Assembly: GCF_009914755.1 (NCBI RefSeq)
Contig: NC_060929.1
Strand: one strand, 5' to 3'
DNA from: the human T2T-CHM13v2.0 reference genome, Homo sapiens
DNA length: 64,000 bases
In this document: positions 29,049 through 43,355 of the stretch, piece after piece
Layout: the number at the start of each line of letters is the position of its first letter
Numbering within the stretch: the stretch's first letter is position 1
Translations under genes and position numbers: made by a program
Notes under the pieces: generated by a model
The model's input: the letters and a program-made list of their open reading frames with translations, nothing else
Database searches by the model: none
What the model was told of the DNA's origin: nothing

Positions 29049-29487
29049 CGATTTAAAGAATCCATTTTAAAGTCAGACTGTCTGAATGTGAAACCTGCGT
29101 TAAGAATACCAATATACGTCTCTCTTTGTAATGTTGGCCCTTTGGCTCTGGCTAACAACAATTAAAAGGGGTCATTTGGCCACTGGAAGGAAACAGACAT
29201 TTTGGTGTTTGCATAGTATCACCCAGGATTTGGATTTCAAGTTATGATGCTCTGTTAGGATAGACATGGCTGACTTTATAATGTTCAAAAACAACTTTGA
29301 AAAGATTTTATTGCTTCAAAATTATAATTTCCAATCTCCCCCACCAATTACAGCTTTTTTCCCAGCACATCACCATAACTATCTAAATGTAATTTACAGA
29401 ATAGGTTTGGGGAGGCAAAGGCAAGCTGTTCTGAAGGTAAGTCTTGCTCCTGGAATTTTCTTCTGTTCTAAAATAACTGATCCTTAT

Positions 29488-29792
29488 TTTTACTTCTATA
29501 AGTTCTGGGGTACATGTGCAGGATGTGCAGGTTTGTTACATAGGTAAACATGCACCATAGTGGTTTGCTGCACCTATCAACCAATCACCTAGGTATTAAG
29601 CAATTCACGTGGCCAAGAAATATATGAAAAAAAAGCTCAACAACACTGATCGTTAGCGAGATGTAAATCAAAACCACAATGAGATACCATCTAACCCTAG
29701 TCAGAATGGCAATTATTAAGAAGTCAAAAAACAACAAATGCTGGCAAGGTTGTGGCAATACAGGAATGCTTTTACACTGTTGGTGGCAATGC
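29488..29792 (-). mobile_element. Short 5'-inverted L1PA (twin priming)
   Basis: Minus-strand 3' end (29488-~29601) joined to plus-strand ORF2 piece (~29602-29792); TSD 'aaaataactgatc(c/t)ttat' at 29470-29487 and 29793-29810. Confidence 0.9.
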
Positions 29793-29983
29793 AAAATAAC
29801 TGATCTTTATATGAATAAAGACTGAATTTCCTTATAGACAAAATAAAAATATTTTGATGTGATTTAAAAGCTTAATCATTGTTAATGTAAAGCATTTACT
29901 TCACTGTCTAGCATATAACAAGAACTCAATAAATGACTTGTTATAATAATATTCTATGTAGCATTCCTTATCAATTAAAAAAG

Positions 29984-30150
29984 TAATTTTAATTTTTGTG
30001 GGTGTTTAGTAGGCATGGGGTACATGAGATGTTTTAATACAGGCATGCAATACATAATAATCGCATCATGAAGAATGGGGTATCCATCCCCTCAAGTATT
30101 TATCCTTTGTGTTACAAACAATCCAGTTATACTCTCATTGTTTTAAAATA
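29984..30150 (-). mobile_element. L1MA2-like 3' end fragment
   Basis: 'ggggtacatgagatgttttaatacaggcatgcaat...ggggtatccatcccctcaag'. Confidence 0.8.
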
Positions 30151-30369
30151 GGCAGAAGACAGGTGATAACCATCAGATGGCTTGTGCAAAAGAAATAGGA
30201 TCAAGCTTAAAGAAGAAAAAAAAAAAAAACTGGGCTCTTCTAGTTCAGATGGTAAACTGAGTCTACTCTACACCCACCTACCTTCCCAAGGATCTTCCAA
30301 CTCTCAAGAAGCTGGTCTCATGGTCCAAACTTGGAAGCACTCTCTGGACTTCTCTGATAGAATGACTCA

Positions 30370-30833
<464 letters not shown>

Positions 30834-32599
30834 TTATATGAGGAAAAAAAGAAAGAAAAAACCCTGAGTTTATAATACAGCCTGAAGGTACAGGACTTCT
30901 TCTTTGCCAATTCAGACTTGAGCTAAAAATCAAACAACCTACAAAACACCCAGTTTTCATGAGTTCAATTAAAGCCATGGATGCCCAAATGTACAGACTA
31001 TTCTGCTTTGTGCAGTGATTAGATTGCTCTTGTTCACGTGTAATCTGTTTTTACTACTTTTTTCAACATTCAGCCAAATTCTTTACTTGTGTTCAAAAGT
31101 CAGGGATTAATTTGATCTCTATGCTGTCCATATTTTCTCCTAGTTTTTTCAGTTAAGCACTTTGACTAATCTTTGCAGAAGAGGAGATTAATGTCAAAGA
31201 AATAATGAAACATTTGACTGATATTAGTTGCTTGTCATTCTTCATTAAGTGCCCCTGAGTCACCTTCTTAAAGCCCTGCAAACAGAATAGAATGGGCTAT
31301 GATGATAGTCCATGTCGCATATTAATAAGAGGAAATGTAAATGGGAAAAGACTTCCATTTTGCCAGAATAAACAGAGCAATATGCACATCTCCATCTCTC
31401 AGCTTTCTGTAGTTTCTCCAGGGGCTCAGTCCAATTAGTTATTTCATATTAATCACTGTTTGTGCAGTTGATTCTTCCTGTGGAAACTTTCCACTTTCGG
31501 TTGCCTGGTAGACCAAAAGACACATATTTCTTTGGATACTCTACAAGATCCAGGGAAATAAAAATAAGAATACCTTTTGTGTGTATTAAAATTTATTCTT
31601 TTCAAAGTTGGTTCACATTTTAGCTCCTTTGACTCTCAAGAAATCTCTTAAGAAATGCTCAAGCCATGTGCACACCTTAGTAACTAGTGTTCCACTTTGT
31701 ACCTAGTAGGTAATCAAAATAATAAATGAAGCACAGGGATGCAGGATGGAAGAAGACAGAAATATGTAATGGCAACAGTTAGATGAGTTCCCATTTCTCT
31801 CGACAACTTGCTTCAATGCTAAGAGATATTCAGACTTCAATAGCTTATAAAAGATTTAATTGAATCACTCTGATCCAGTGAACTACAAGTAAGGGTATAT
31901 GCTAAAAGGCCACATCAATAATAAATTGAAAATATTTATAGCACTTGTATTTTCAGACAATATTGCCTTCAGAGTTTTTGTAAAGCAATCAAATAACACA
32001 AGTTAATTTAGTCACTGGTTTTCTCATTATTTGGAGAACTGTTTTAGGTCAATGTACCTCAACCTATAATTTTAAAAATGCATTAAAAGGATAATGTGTA
32101 TTGGTTCTTCCTCAGATTTATACATGAACATAATAGAGAAATGATTTTTGCTTTTGAAGTTGATAATTTAGATTCAATCCCCTTTGAAGCATATATGGCT
32201 ATGACTTCCTCAGACTTTCCTTTCATAGAATTGCTAACCATTCTTTTAGTAATGTTTTCATGTGTATTGTATTTTCAGAAGAGCTATCCTCTTATATTAG
32301 AGTTACCAATCACTTTCTCCAGTACCATGTAGCCTTGGTACTATATGTGCCATTAAATATCCCATGTAATATGATACGTGAACCCAATCTCTCTGGACAC
32401 AGGTGATTAGAACAGAGTGGCCCTTGACTACATTATCTGTCCCATGTTTTTAAAGTAATACCTACAATACCGAGTAAGTTGTTTTGAAAAGATAGGTTCA
32501 GGAGCTGAGGCTGCCCCTTTTAAGCAGCCACAGTTGGCCATGAGTAAAGAGATGAGTTGGGAAAGGAGAGGGAAGGGGAGGGTAGAATTAAAAGAAGAT

Positions 32600-33135
32600 G
32601 GGGTAAATCCCACTTACTATTCCCTACTTGATTAACACATTAAAAGGAGGATAATCCATTTAATGTGTTGTTTAATTCTATTTGCTAGTATTTTGTTGAG
32701 AAAGATTGCATCTATATTCATCGGGAAATTGACCTGTAATTTTCTTTTTTTATAATTTTACTATCTGGTTTTTATATCAGGGTAACTCTGGCCTTGTAAA
32801 ATGAGTTAGATAGTAATATTTCCTCTTCAACTTTTTGTATTAGGTTGGTGCAAAAGTAATTGCAGTTTTTGTCATTACTTTCAATGGCAAAAACCACAAT
32901 TAATTTTGCCCCAACCTAATAACAATTTGAGGAGGATTGGTATTTTGGCTCTTCCAATGTTTGGCAAAATTCAGCTGTGAAGCCATCAGATCCTTGGCTT
33001 TCCTTTAATGGGAGATTTTTATCACTGACTCAAACTTCTTACTCTTTATTGGTCTGTTCAGATTTTCTGTTACTTCATGATTCAGTCTTGATAGGTTTTA
33101 TGCATCTAGGAATTCACCCATTTCTTTTAGGTTGT
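32600..33135 (-). mobile_element. L1M ORF2 internal fragment
   Basis: 'ttgctagtattttgttgag...gcatctatattcatc...tattggtctgttcagattttct'. Confidence 0.8.
32840..32919. mobile_element. MADE1 (Hsmar1-derived 80-bp MITE)
   Basis: 'ttaggttggtgcaaaagtaattgc...caattaattttgccccaacctaa', 80 bp, TA duplication on both sides. Confidence 0.95.
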
Positions 33136-33344
33136 GTAGATGTCCTTAGAAAGAAACCATATTAATAGAATTACAGAGTTGGGGGTTGAAAAACATTACT
33201 GAATCAAATATAATGCCCTATCTAATTCTGTAAATCCTTTTATGCAAACTAGAATCATTCAATACAACCTGACAGCTTGAAGTCTATTTTTTTAACTACA
33301 ATATGTTTTAGAATAAAAAGCAAGTCTGAGGTTTTCATTTGAAT

Positions 33345-33575
33345 AATAGAATAGATTATAGACTTTGGAGGCAGAAAGACTGAGCTTGAGCCCTTGTGCC
33401 ACCACTTACTGTTGTTTTGTTTTGAGGAATTTAACTTAGCCTACCTCAGGCTGGATTTCTTCATCTAAAAACTGGGTTAATGACAGTTCCAGCTTCTTAA
33501 AATTGTCATAAGAAATGCATGAGGAAATGAACATGATGGTCTGACAAATAATAAGCGACAAATAGCTTAGCTGTT
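33345..33575 (+). mobile_element. MIR
   Basis: 'gactttggaggcagaaagactgagcttgag...ccacttact...tttcttcatctaaaaactggg'. Confidence 0.65.
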
Positions 33576-34628
33576 GCTTTTTCGAAGTGAGAGGAAAATG
33601 GTTGGAGATATTTTATGTATGATGTAAACCTACAGAATCTGAAGCATCATGATGTCACCATATATACAGCAATCTGTGGCTCACAAAGCACTTTCATGAT
33701 GTATTATAACATTTCTGTCTCTTCATTCACTTACTTATGCTTTTCACAAACATCTGTTAGATGCCTGCCATATGCCTGATTCTATGCTATTCACTGAGGG
33801 AGGATTCAGTTATGGAAATAATACAGATAGTCTCTGCCCTCCTGGAGCATACAGGCCCTCTGATACAGATTTGGCCAGTTTTCTTTTTTATTTTCTTTAT
33901 TTTTAAGATGAAGAAAATGAGGGCTAGAGCACTTAAGTGACTTGTCCAAAATCACAACAGTTGGAGAGGGTGATGCCAGCATTGAATTCTCAGTCTGATT
34001 CTAGGGATAGAGGAAGAATTGTTCTCTTTAGGTCTGTGGAGGGGTCTCTGCTTTTAGAACTGAGATGCCTTAGACAGAATTAGAATAAGTTATGGTTCTA
34101 CTGAATATATTTTTACTGATTTAGTTTCATTCGCCTCAGGGCTAAAGCCAAGCTGGAGCTATGATTCATAAGCCTCATTTTCCATATGTTTGACTTGGGA
34201 TTTTCTCTAAACAGCAGTTGATTAGCCATTCTTGTGATTTTTAGCTCACTGTTGATAACTTGACCCAATTTCAGTTGAATTATATTGGCTTTAAGATCCC
34301 TGGAGAAAGGAGCAGAACTCCATTGAGAGACTCCAATTCAGCCAAACATTCCCAGCTTCAACCAAACCAACCATCTCCATGTGCCAAGCCTGGTGTCAAT
34401 GCTGCCTGCAGACTGCTTTAGATGTGAAGGCCCCCTAGTTCTTCAACAAATAATACCCAATACTTGATTAACATATTAAAAGTTGGATGATCCCTTTAAT
34501 GTGTTGTTGAAAGGAGTGATGAGTTTCCAAATCTCATACTGCTATAGATCTAATGATAAGGAAGTTCTGGTTTATAGTTTTACCATGCAAATGTAGGTGA
34601 ACTTTCTAGCATTTATACCATTTTTTCT

Positions 34629-34958
<330 letters not shown>

Positions 34959-35196
34959 TTAATGCCCTTCAGCAGATCCCTACTGCAAATGGAGAAAATC
35001 TAACTTCCTTAGCATAGATCTAAGATTTTCATGACCTGGACTTCACACTCTTTCAGAGCCTCATTTTTCATTAATCTTCCCCACATTTGCTATGGTTCAC
35101 AACAACCAAAATTTCTATGATCCTGCATCCTCAGACATGTTCTGGTGTCTCACATTTCTCCATCTAAACTGGTTATGCCTGTAAACATTGTCTTTC

Positions 35197-35197
<1 letters not shown>

Positions 35198-35240
<43 letters not shown>
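35198..35240. repeat. (ATT)n microsatellite
   Basis: About 14 perfect ATT units. Confidence 0.95.
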
Positions 35241-35241
<1 letters not shown>

Positions 35242-36429
35242 TTGTACATGCTATGGCTTCTTTCTATGCAATCTTCAATGAAAGAATGAGATCCAAAGCA
35301 TTTATTTAGGAAGAATATCAATAGATACCAAATGTCATAAGCTCATCTCCTCTCCCACCTCATTTTTATTTAATTGCCATGTACCTGTTTTAATGCAAAC
35401 AAATATAATGCTATTTATAAGAAAGGCAGGTTATTGTGAAAGGAAATCAATGTGAGGTCAGATTCAGTGGCAAAATGGGAAATTTACCAGGTTGAACTGG
35501 TTGGCATATTCTGTTTCAAATTGTGCTGCCTAATGTGACTCCGATAGAATTTTGTAAGACTGATTAGCATCCAGGATATGTAAGTGAAGGCCACAGTAGT
35601 AAGAGTTATTAGATATCTAAGCTGTGAACTAAATGAGTGTTGGGTTTTGGGGACACCCAGAAAACTTCCCACCTCTAACCAAAACCTCTAACCAAATTGC
35701 GCTTTTTTTGTACAACACATCTGAAGTGGGGAGAAATTTAGATCCTATAGCAAGTGCTTTTGACAATACTTCTAAGAACAATACATTCTCTTAGAATAGT
35801 GTAATTGCAGGACAGTCTGCATCAAGGACATCTCTAAATTTAATCTACTGGAACCTATCTTAAGAGTAATTATAACATAAACAAATGAGAGTTTATGACA
35901 CTGTGCTGCAACGAGTGATCTTAAGGTAAATCTTATAAATACAGATTCCCAATAAGCTACAAATATTCATCAAGCATCCGGAAACATACATATTTTAGTT
36001 TTGATTTGCAGTGATCTAGTCTATTAAAGAAAAGATACTTTGCAAATCTGTCAACTACGTCCCCTTAAAACCTCTTTAAAATAATCATATTCAGCATTTA
36101 AAACTATTCACATTGAAGTGTGTAAACTGAAAAGCATTTTGATTAATGGGACTATTATGTAGACAACTGCAGTACAGTAAATTTAATAATCTTAGATGCC
36201 TTAATAGGATATAATGTTGGCTACCTTGGCATTTTTTTTTCATCCTTCTTAAAAAATGACCATCCTTTTCTGTTCAAAGTCTACAAGACAGGTTTAAATT
36301 TTTCAAAGTTAATTCTACATTAGATAATCTTATTTCCTAGCCAATTCAATATTCAAGGTAGAAAGAAATAATACTTCACCAACAAATACTAACTAAGCAT
36401 CAGTAAAAGGTAGTTATGAGAATTTTAAA

Positions 36430-36695
36430 GAAAAGGGTAGAACTTAATGAGCTGGCTCTAGAAGCAGATGGCCAGTATTGAAATCCTGCTCTGGAACTTA
36501 CTAAGGGCAATCTTGGGAAACTTACTTAATTTCACTGAGACTCCATTTCTTCATCTGTAAAACAAGGAGATAATAATGGTGCCTGCCCCATAGAGTTGTT
36601 GTAAGGATTTAGTAAGTTAATCCTCAGCATGTAAAAGCTGAGAAGAGTGACTGGCACATAGTAATTGCTTGCTAAATAACAGCTATTATTATTAT
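36430..36695 (+). mobile_element. MIR, near full length
   Basis: 'ttacttaatttcactgagactccatttcttcatctgtaaaa...ctggcacatagtaa'. Confidence 0.8.
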
Positions 36696-37804
36696 GGCCC
36701 AAAACAAAAGTAGAGTTGTTTTATTGTTTGGAGAAATATAAATAAGTTTTTGGCAGTAAGAAAAATCATATATGAGACATAATATTTTTCAGAACCTGAG
36801 ACACAGATTACCTGTGTTCAAACACCATTATGTTTTCCTTGTGTTACTACTATGGCGTTATAACTGATATTGCAGTCTTACCTCTCCCTAAGCCACTCTA
36901 CAGAGGCACTCAAGCAGAGTGATCCTTTCTAACTCAGGTCTGTTTAGGTCTGTTTCTTTAGATTACTCCAGCTTCCTCTCCCCCTCACTATGTCACAGTT
37001 ATTGTTTTCTAATGGGAACACACTCTGATCCACTCCCATCACCCCTCCTCTTCTACACCTACCCCATACAGTTACACAAATTCATCGAGACAACACATAT
37101 CCATTCTTTGAGTCCAAACCTCACAATTTATCCAGAAACTCTTCTCTGGTCCCTTTAAGATTTGGCAACAGGAAACTTCATCTGTGCCCTGTGGCACTTT
37201 GGGCATCTCTGAATAAAGCTAGATCACTGACATATCTATCATATGATAATATTGAGTTCACTTTCCTAGCTAAACTCTAAACAATGAGGGGCAACAAAAT
37301 TGAGCATACTGTAAATAATCATGTTTTATTTTCAATTGAAAATTCAATGGAATATTTTTTAAAAAAATATGTACATATTATTACTATTTGTTTAGTATTT
37401 ATGTTTTAAAATGACCTACCTAATGGTTTTATAATGGAGTATAAAAGAGTAGTGCAATACAGACATAAAATATGGCTCATCAACATACAGCTCAAACCCA
37501 ACGTTCTCAATTAGTTTTTCACCACATCCCCCTTAATCATTAAGACCTAACCACTCTGAATACTATGTAGTGCTCTGATACTACCATGCCCTTCTATATG
37601 TGAAAGCCTCTTAGCATTTACAGAAGATGCTCTTTTCCCCAGAATTCACACTCCACATTTCTCTGCCTGATAAAGAGACCTCCTCATCTACAGAGCAGGT
37701 CAAATGTCTTCTGTCTAGCCAGATCTCAGCGCAAACCCCGCTTTCTCCTTACCTACCTCTTTCCAGAAGAGTTATTCAGGACTCTATTAATATTAATCCA
37801 TACT

Positions 37805-37998
37805 TGTGCTGTCTAATACTGTAGCCACAGGCATATGGAGCTATATAAATTGAAATTAATTAACAGTGAATAAAATTTAAAATTCAATTGCCGGGTCACA
37901 ATAGCCACATTTCAAGTGTTCAGCAATCACATGTAGCTAGTGGCTACCATATTGGACAGTGCAGAATATTTTCAAGTTCTATCAGAAAGCACTGGTCT
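37805..37998. mobile_element. MER3 (hAT-Charlie)
   Basis: 'gtgctgtctaatactgtagccac...tagccacatttcaagtg...gtggctaccatattggacagtgcag'. Confidence 0.8.
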
Positions 37999-38112
37999 AT
38001 ACCTTGTGCCTACCAAACTGTCACATAGTAGGCACTCAGTAATATGTCTATGATTGTTGAATAAACGATTAATGAATAGAATCAATTAGTATCTCTAATA
38101 TAATTCTTGCAA

Positions 38113-38590
38113 CTGTCAAGAGTTTGGGGAGGAAACAAACTTCAATTTAGCCATTCAAGTGAAGACAGTTTAAATAAAGGATCTATTTCTAGGTTATTGC
38201 ATGACAAAGGGAATAAACATGAGATGTTCAAGCACCCAGAGAAAAGCAACGATGGAAGTCACTATAACTAAAAGAGTTGAAGGAACAAGGGATGAGGAAG
38301 TCCTGTTGCCCAGAACCATGTGGGAGTTGACGCTGCAGAGAAACAGAGAGGACACCAGGAGAGTAATCATGGAGATGCACAGTCACTGCCAGAAAGTAGA
38401 TGCTGGAACAGGAAGAGAGGAAGGAAGAAAAACTCTGGCCCCTCTAATCTCTTGCCAGTGACTCATTGGCTAAACCCAACTTGAATCCAGATGGTAAGTG
38501 GGAAATTCATTAATGTCACCCTCCCAGGGCACAAAGCAAGGAAAGGAAGGGTAAAGAATGAGTCTATGGGGTAGATAAGTAAAGAATAAC
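38113..38590. mobile_element. ERVL LTR (LTR33-like)
   Basis: 'ctcttgccagtgactcattggctaaacccaacttgaatccaga...cctcccagggcacaaagcaagg'. Confidence 0.55.
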
Positions 38591-39956
38591 ATTCTTATTC
38601 ATTATACAGCTTCATGCATCTAGTTGCATATCTTTGTCACCCTCTAGACTGGAATCACCTTAACTAAAGGAATGTGTCTGATTTACCCCCAATGCATACC
38701 ACAGTGAATGACACAGTGGGTATTCAATAATTCATGTTGAATAAATGAAGTAATCTTAATCCTTCCTATGTTAGGTGGATGTTTTCAGAAGATGGGGTTG
38801 CTGTTTGTGTGGATTGCTTGTCTTCATATGATTATGGTAAATACATGGACTTCAAATCTTGGAATTATTTGACAAAATAAAAATACTCATATATATTTTA
38901 ACCATTGAAGCCATGCTTTCGGGTTTTGACACAATTGTCAATATATCCTCTGGCAGGCTTAGCAAATATGTCTTTTTCATTTTCCTTGGCATACATCTTA
39001 TCCTGATATCATAAGCAGCTGACAACTCAGTCCCCAACAGAAAAGTGATCAAACACTCAACAAAAGCACCACTTTCTTCAACAATAGGCATGATATGCTA
39101 TCAGATCTCCTGGCAGAATTTCTGAGAAAATGGATTGAGTCAAAAGGAGCACCAGACCACAAAAAAATGGCTTAAAAACAACATAACAGAGAACCTGCGT
39201 AACAAATGCAGAGGACTGGGTGATGTTTCATGGATCAACAAAAATATATTTCATTTGGCTTTATTTTCTGTTTGGCAGAATGTCACACATGAAGCAAAGC
39301 TCCATATAATTACCAATATGTTGTCATCACACTTAAGTTACTTTTATATAATTTTAAAGAACTCAAGTTCTGCCTTCTATCAATTTTAACTTATGTGATA
39401 TCGCAGCACAATTCCCATTACATAATCAGACTCCTTCACATAATCTATGTCAAGCCTCCATAATAATAGTTCAATTTGAGGTACTAGTTTGAGAGAGAGA
39501 AGAATTTCCACTTTTCTCACTGATGATGTTAATAAGGGCTCTGATTTGATGGTCACAAGCCTAGAGGCCTGTTATTTAATCAGGTTTTCTGTTCAATTTC
39601 GAGGGAGTGAATGGAGCCATCCTGTCCCAAAAAGAATGTTCTATCAAGTTTAAGAGCGAAAATTTGAAGTTTTCTGAAATTCTTTTAAACAAACTGTTGT
39701 ATTTGTGTGTTAAGTACTAACTCAATCCTCTAGAGTTATTCCATATTATCTAAGAATGTCCACGTCCCACGGTGTAACTGAGAAAATGATTCTGGAGACA
39801 GACTGCCTAGGTTCAAAATCTGTCTCTGCCACTTACTGCTGTGAGGCAATGGTAAGCCCCTTACCTACCTGAGTTTCACTTTCCTCATTAGTAAAATAAG
39901 GATAATAGTAGTACCATTAAGTAATTTCAAGGCATTTAGCCTAGGTCCTACAACAG

Positions 39957-40273
39957 TGAGACAGCCAGGTGGCCTGGCAAAACTCCAACCAGCCTGTGCA
40001 CTGGGAATGCACACTGGGGTGGAGACACAGAAGTCCGTGCCATTTTCAGCCAGGAGGAGCCTGGCTGTGTGGAAACTGGGATTCAAACTGCAAGGTGGGA
40101 AGCTCTCTAGCAGGGATTCTGGCTTTGTGGAGAGTCCCCGTTTACCTTTTTTTCTCTTTTCACTCAATAAAACCCTGCTTTACTCACCCTTTAAACCATC
40201 CACAAGCCTAAACTTTTGTGGCCATGGGACAAGGACCCCATCTTTAGCTGAACTAAGGAAAAGTCCTGCAACA
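39957..40273 (+). mobile_element. MER61A-like solo LTR (ERV1) inserted in a MIR
   Basis: TG...CA ends ('tgagacagccaggtgg' ... 'ctaaggaaaagtcctgcaaca'), AATAAA, 4-bp TSD 'acag'. Confidence 0.88.
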
Positions 40274-42159
40274 ACAGTGTTCCATAAATGTTAGATATTA
40301 CTCTTTTTATTTCTAACTACTGGAAAAAAACAAACAAACCAAAAAAAGCAACTCAATAGTCCCTTTAACTTAAGAGCTTCTATCTCTCCTTCCACTTTCA
40401 GCCCATGTGATCCAGCAGATGTGCCCAGGAGAAATATTCCATAAACAAACAATTTGCATAAAATCATCTGTGCCTCTTCAAACTTGTACAGATACTCAGT
40501 TTGGTCTCTATTCAAATTTCAAGCTCAAGTTCCTGCCAATTTTATGTTATCAAAACAGGCTTGCTCATCTCAGAAGCTTCATAAAATGATCTGTTGCTTA
40601 AAGATTGCTCACCCTTGCAGGGAAATATCAAAACTTAATCCCCAATCAAAGATACAGAAAGTGGTTCTATTTTGCACTTGGAAGTCTGAGTAAGGAAGGC
40701 AATTCCAGGTTTGACATACTTCACTAATTGATGGTAAAACTAGCCACAACACTTATCCAGTCACTGACTTGGCTCCTCAATATGGCAGGCATACAGCAGA
40801 ATAAGAAACAAACTCAGCTTCCCGGGATCCAAGCAACAACAGATGCTCTTCATTTGAATTATTCCTGAACATCGTCTCCTGAATTTATCATCTCTATTCA
40901 TTCTCTGCCTCACATGAAATTCTAATTTGCACTGGAAATCGCACTGGAAACCATGCTGATCTGCACAAGATTGGCTATTTTGTTGCCTTTCACTGAAGTG
41001 ATAACGATTCAATATACTTAACAGGCAAACCCTCTCTCAGAGGATCTTACGTCTCTGCACCGTAGCAGCAGTCAATTCCACTCTTCTCATTCCCAAAGAG
41101 AGATGAATATGACCATTAATAGTTTATTGTTCCACTGGGACTTGAGAAATGAGCCATAATAACATTAATAAATATAGATGAGCATCTAAAATATTTTACC
41201 ACAATCAGATATTTTAATTTCATAAGTTAACCAAGATTATATGACATCTTGGTGAAATTTGTTTTGAAGTCTTGTCTAGACTTTGATATCTTCTGTACGT
41301 TTTGAAGTCATTTAAAGTTTTTTTTAGTTTTTGTTATTAAAGGCATACAATTCTAAAAGATGTTGAGGTCCAGTTTGTAATGAAGAGAGCCATGAAAGGG
41401 AAATGATGAGAGAAAGACTCTCAAATGCAAAATTGAAACAACATGGCAGGCTGAAAAAAATGAAATGTGTTTTCATTTGCGGAGTTTTAAGCAATGCATT
41501 TCTTTGGCATTCTTTGGCTGCAAGCAAATTTTGAAATGGGTTATTTGCATATAGTTTGAGGTCTATAAAATATTATTTTGTACAGCAAAGTTGGAATAGT
41601 TTCTATTAGCAGATCACAACTTAATAAGAATGGGACCATGTCAAGGAATGCTATAGATTCTTATTGCATGATGCCATGAAACATGCACAAAATTAAAAAT
41701 TCAGAAACATGAATGCAAATCCCGCAGGTTCTATGATCTCAGAAAAGTCTCTGGATGTCCATTCATTCAGGGAGTAAGCATTAAGTATCTTCTTTGTGCT
41801 AAACATTGGTCTTGCGGAGTTGAATGGAAGAATGAATGGGACAGAGAAACTGCAATCATAATTCCCTGGAGAAAACTGATAAACATGATAACTTTTGTGT
41901 GATGTAATAAACCCTGTGTGTGGGCATCCTTCGAGCTGTTCACGGTTTCCTTCCAGGCAGATTGCACTTCCCACCCCCTGAGAAAATAGATGTGTCCATA
42001 TGACTCGCTTTAACCAAGGAAAAATGAGCAAAAGTGATTTAAGTTATTTCTGGCAAGGAGTCTTAAGTGCCAGTTTATGATTTCCTGTGTTCCTTTCTCT
42101 CTGATATGCAATCATGGAAGTGCTTGTCAAGATAGAATTTTCATCACCCTTAGTCTCTT

Positions 42160-42262
42160 CTGACCTAAACACCTCCCAAAAGGATCTACCTCCCAACACA
42201 GTTGCATTGGGGATTAAGTTTCCAATACATAAATTTTGGAAGGCACAGATTCAAACTATAGA
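42160..42262 (-). mobile_element. MSTD/MLT1A LTR fragment
   Basis: 'cctcccaacacagttgcattggggattaagtttccaatacataaattttgg'. Confidence 0.7.
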
Positions 42263-42289
42263 AGATAGATAGACATACATATATATGTG

Positions 42290-43355
42290 TATCCATATAT
42301 TTATTTGCAAATTATTGTTTTTTCTGAACCATTTAAGAGTAAGTTGGAAACACAATCTTCCTTTACACCTTTGCTGGTTATGTAAGAGGATGTAAGATGA
42401 CATCCTCTTACATAACCAGAGTACAGTTATAAAATCAGGAAATTGTATACTAACAAAATACCATTTTCTAGTTCGTAGGCCATATCTAATAGTTTTCAGT
42501 TGTTCTAACAGTGACCTTTAAAGCTATTTTTCTGCTGGCCCAGGATCAAATTTAGGATCACACATTGCATTTAGTTGTCATGTCTTTTTCATCTAGAAGA
42601 GTTTCTTAGCCTTTCTCAGTGTTCCTTGGCCTTGGTATTTTTGAAGAGAATATAAAAGTTATCTTGCAGACTGTCTCTCAATTTGAGTTTGTCTGACATT
42701 TTCTCACAATTAGATGCAAGTTATCCATTTTCATTAGGAATGCCATCAAAGTGATGTTGTGTCCTTCTTAATGCATCGCATCAAAAGTTACATGATATTG
42801 GTTTTCTAACATTGGCATAAGCTCTGAACATGTGCTTCTGGTAGTATTTGTTGAATTTCTGCACTGTGGTGAAATATTATGGTATTAAGTAAATATCATG
42901 CTCCCTGACAAATTTCTGCCACTAGCTGTAGTGTGCATTAATTGTCTAACTCTATCTGTCCATCTATATTTATTAGTTGGCATTTAACTGTGAGAACCTC
43001 GCCTTCTTCCCCTTTATGTATGTATGTGTGTATATATATATGCGCATTTGTTTATTCACTCCTTCATTTGTATTCAATAGGCTATATTCCATTACTATCA
43101 TTATTTATTTTGATGTTCAAATCATCCCACATTTAATCAATGGGACTCCCTTCAGCTGGCTTCTGTGTTTTTCTGGTCCATCATAATTTTACCGTGTCCT
43201 TACCTGCTAGCAGACAATATACTGTAGGCTCATCTTGCACTTACTCTGCCCTACCTCTAGAATCAGCCTTTTTTGCCAGGTTCCTTAGTTCATTTTAATG
43301 GAGAAGTATATTTAGAAACCAAGGTTTAAGTGTACTATGTCCTGATTGCTTTTGA
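42290..43355 (-). mobile_element. L1MC4/5-like 3' region
   Basis: 'ctgaaccatttaagagtaagttg...caggatcaaatttaggatcacacattgcatttagttgtcatgtct'. Confidence 0.75.

Noticed and set aside
39990-40020. p53 response element in the MER61 LTR
   Set aside because: Sequence reads 'cctgtgcactgggaatgcacact', without a convincing pair of RRRCWWGYYY half-sites.
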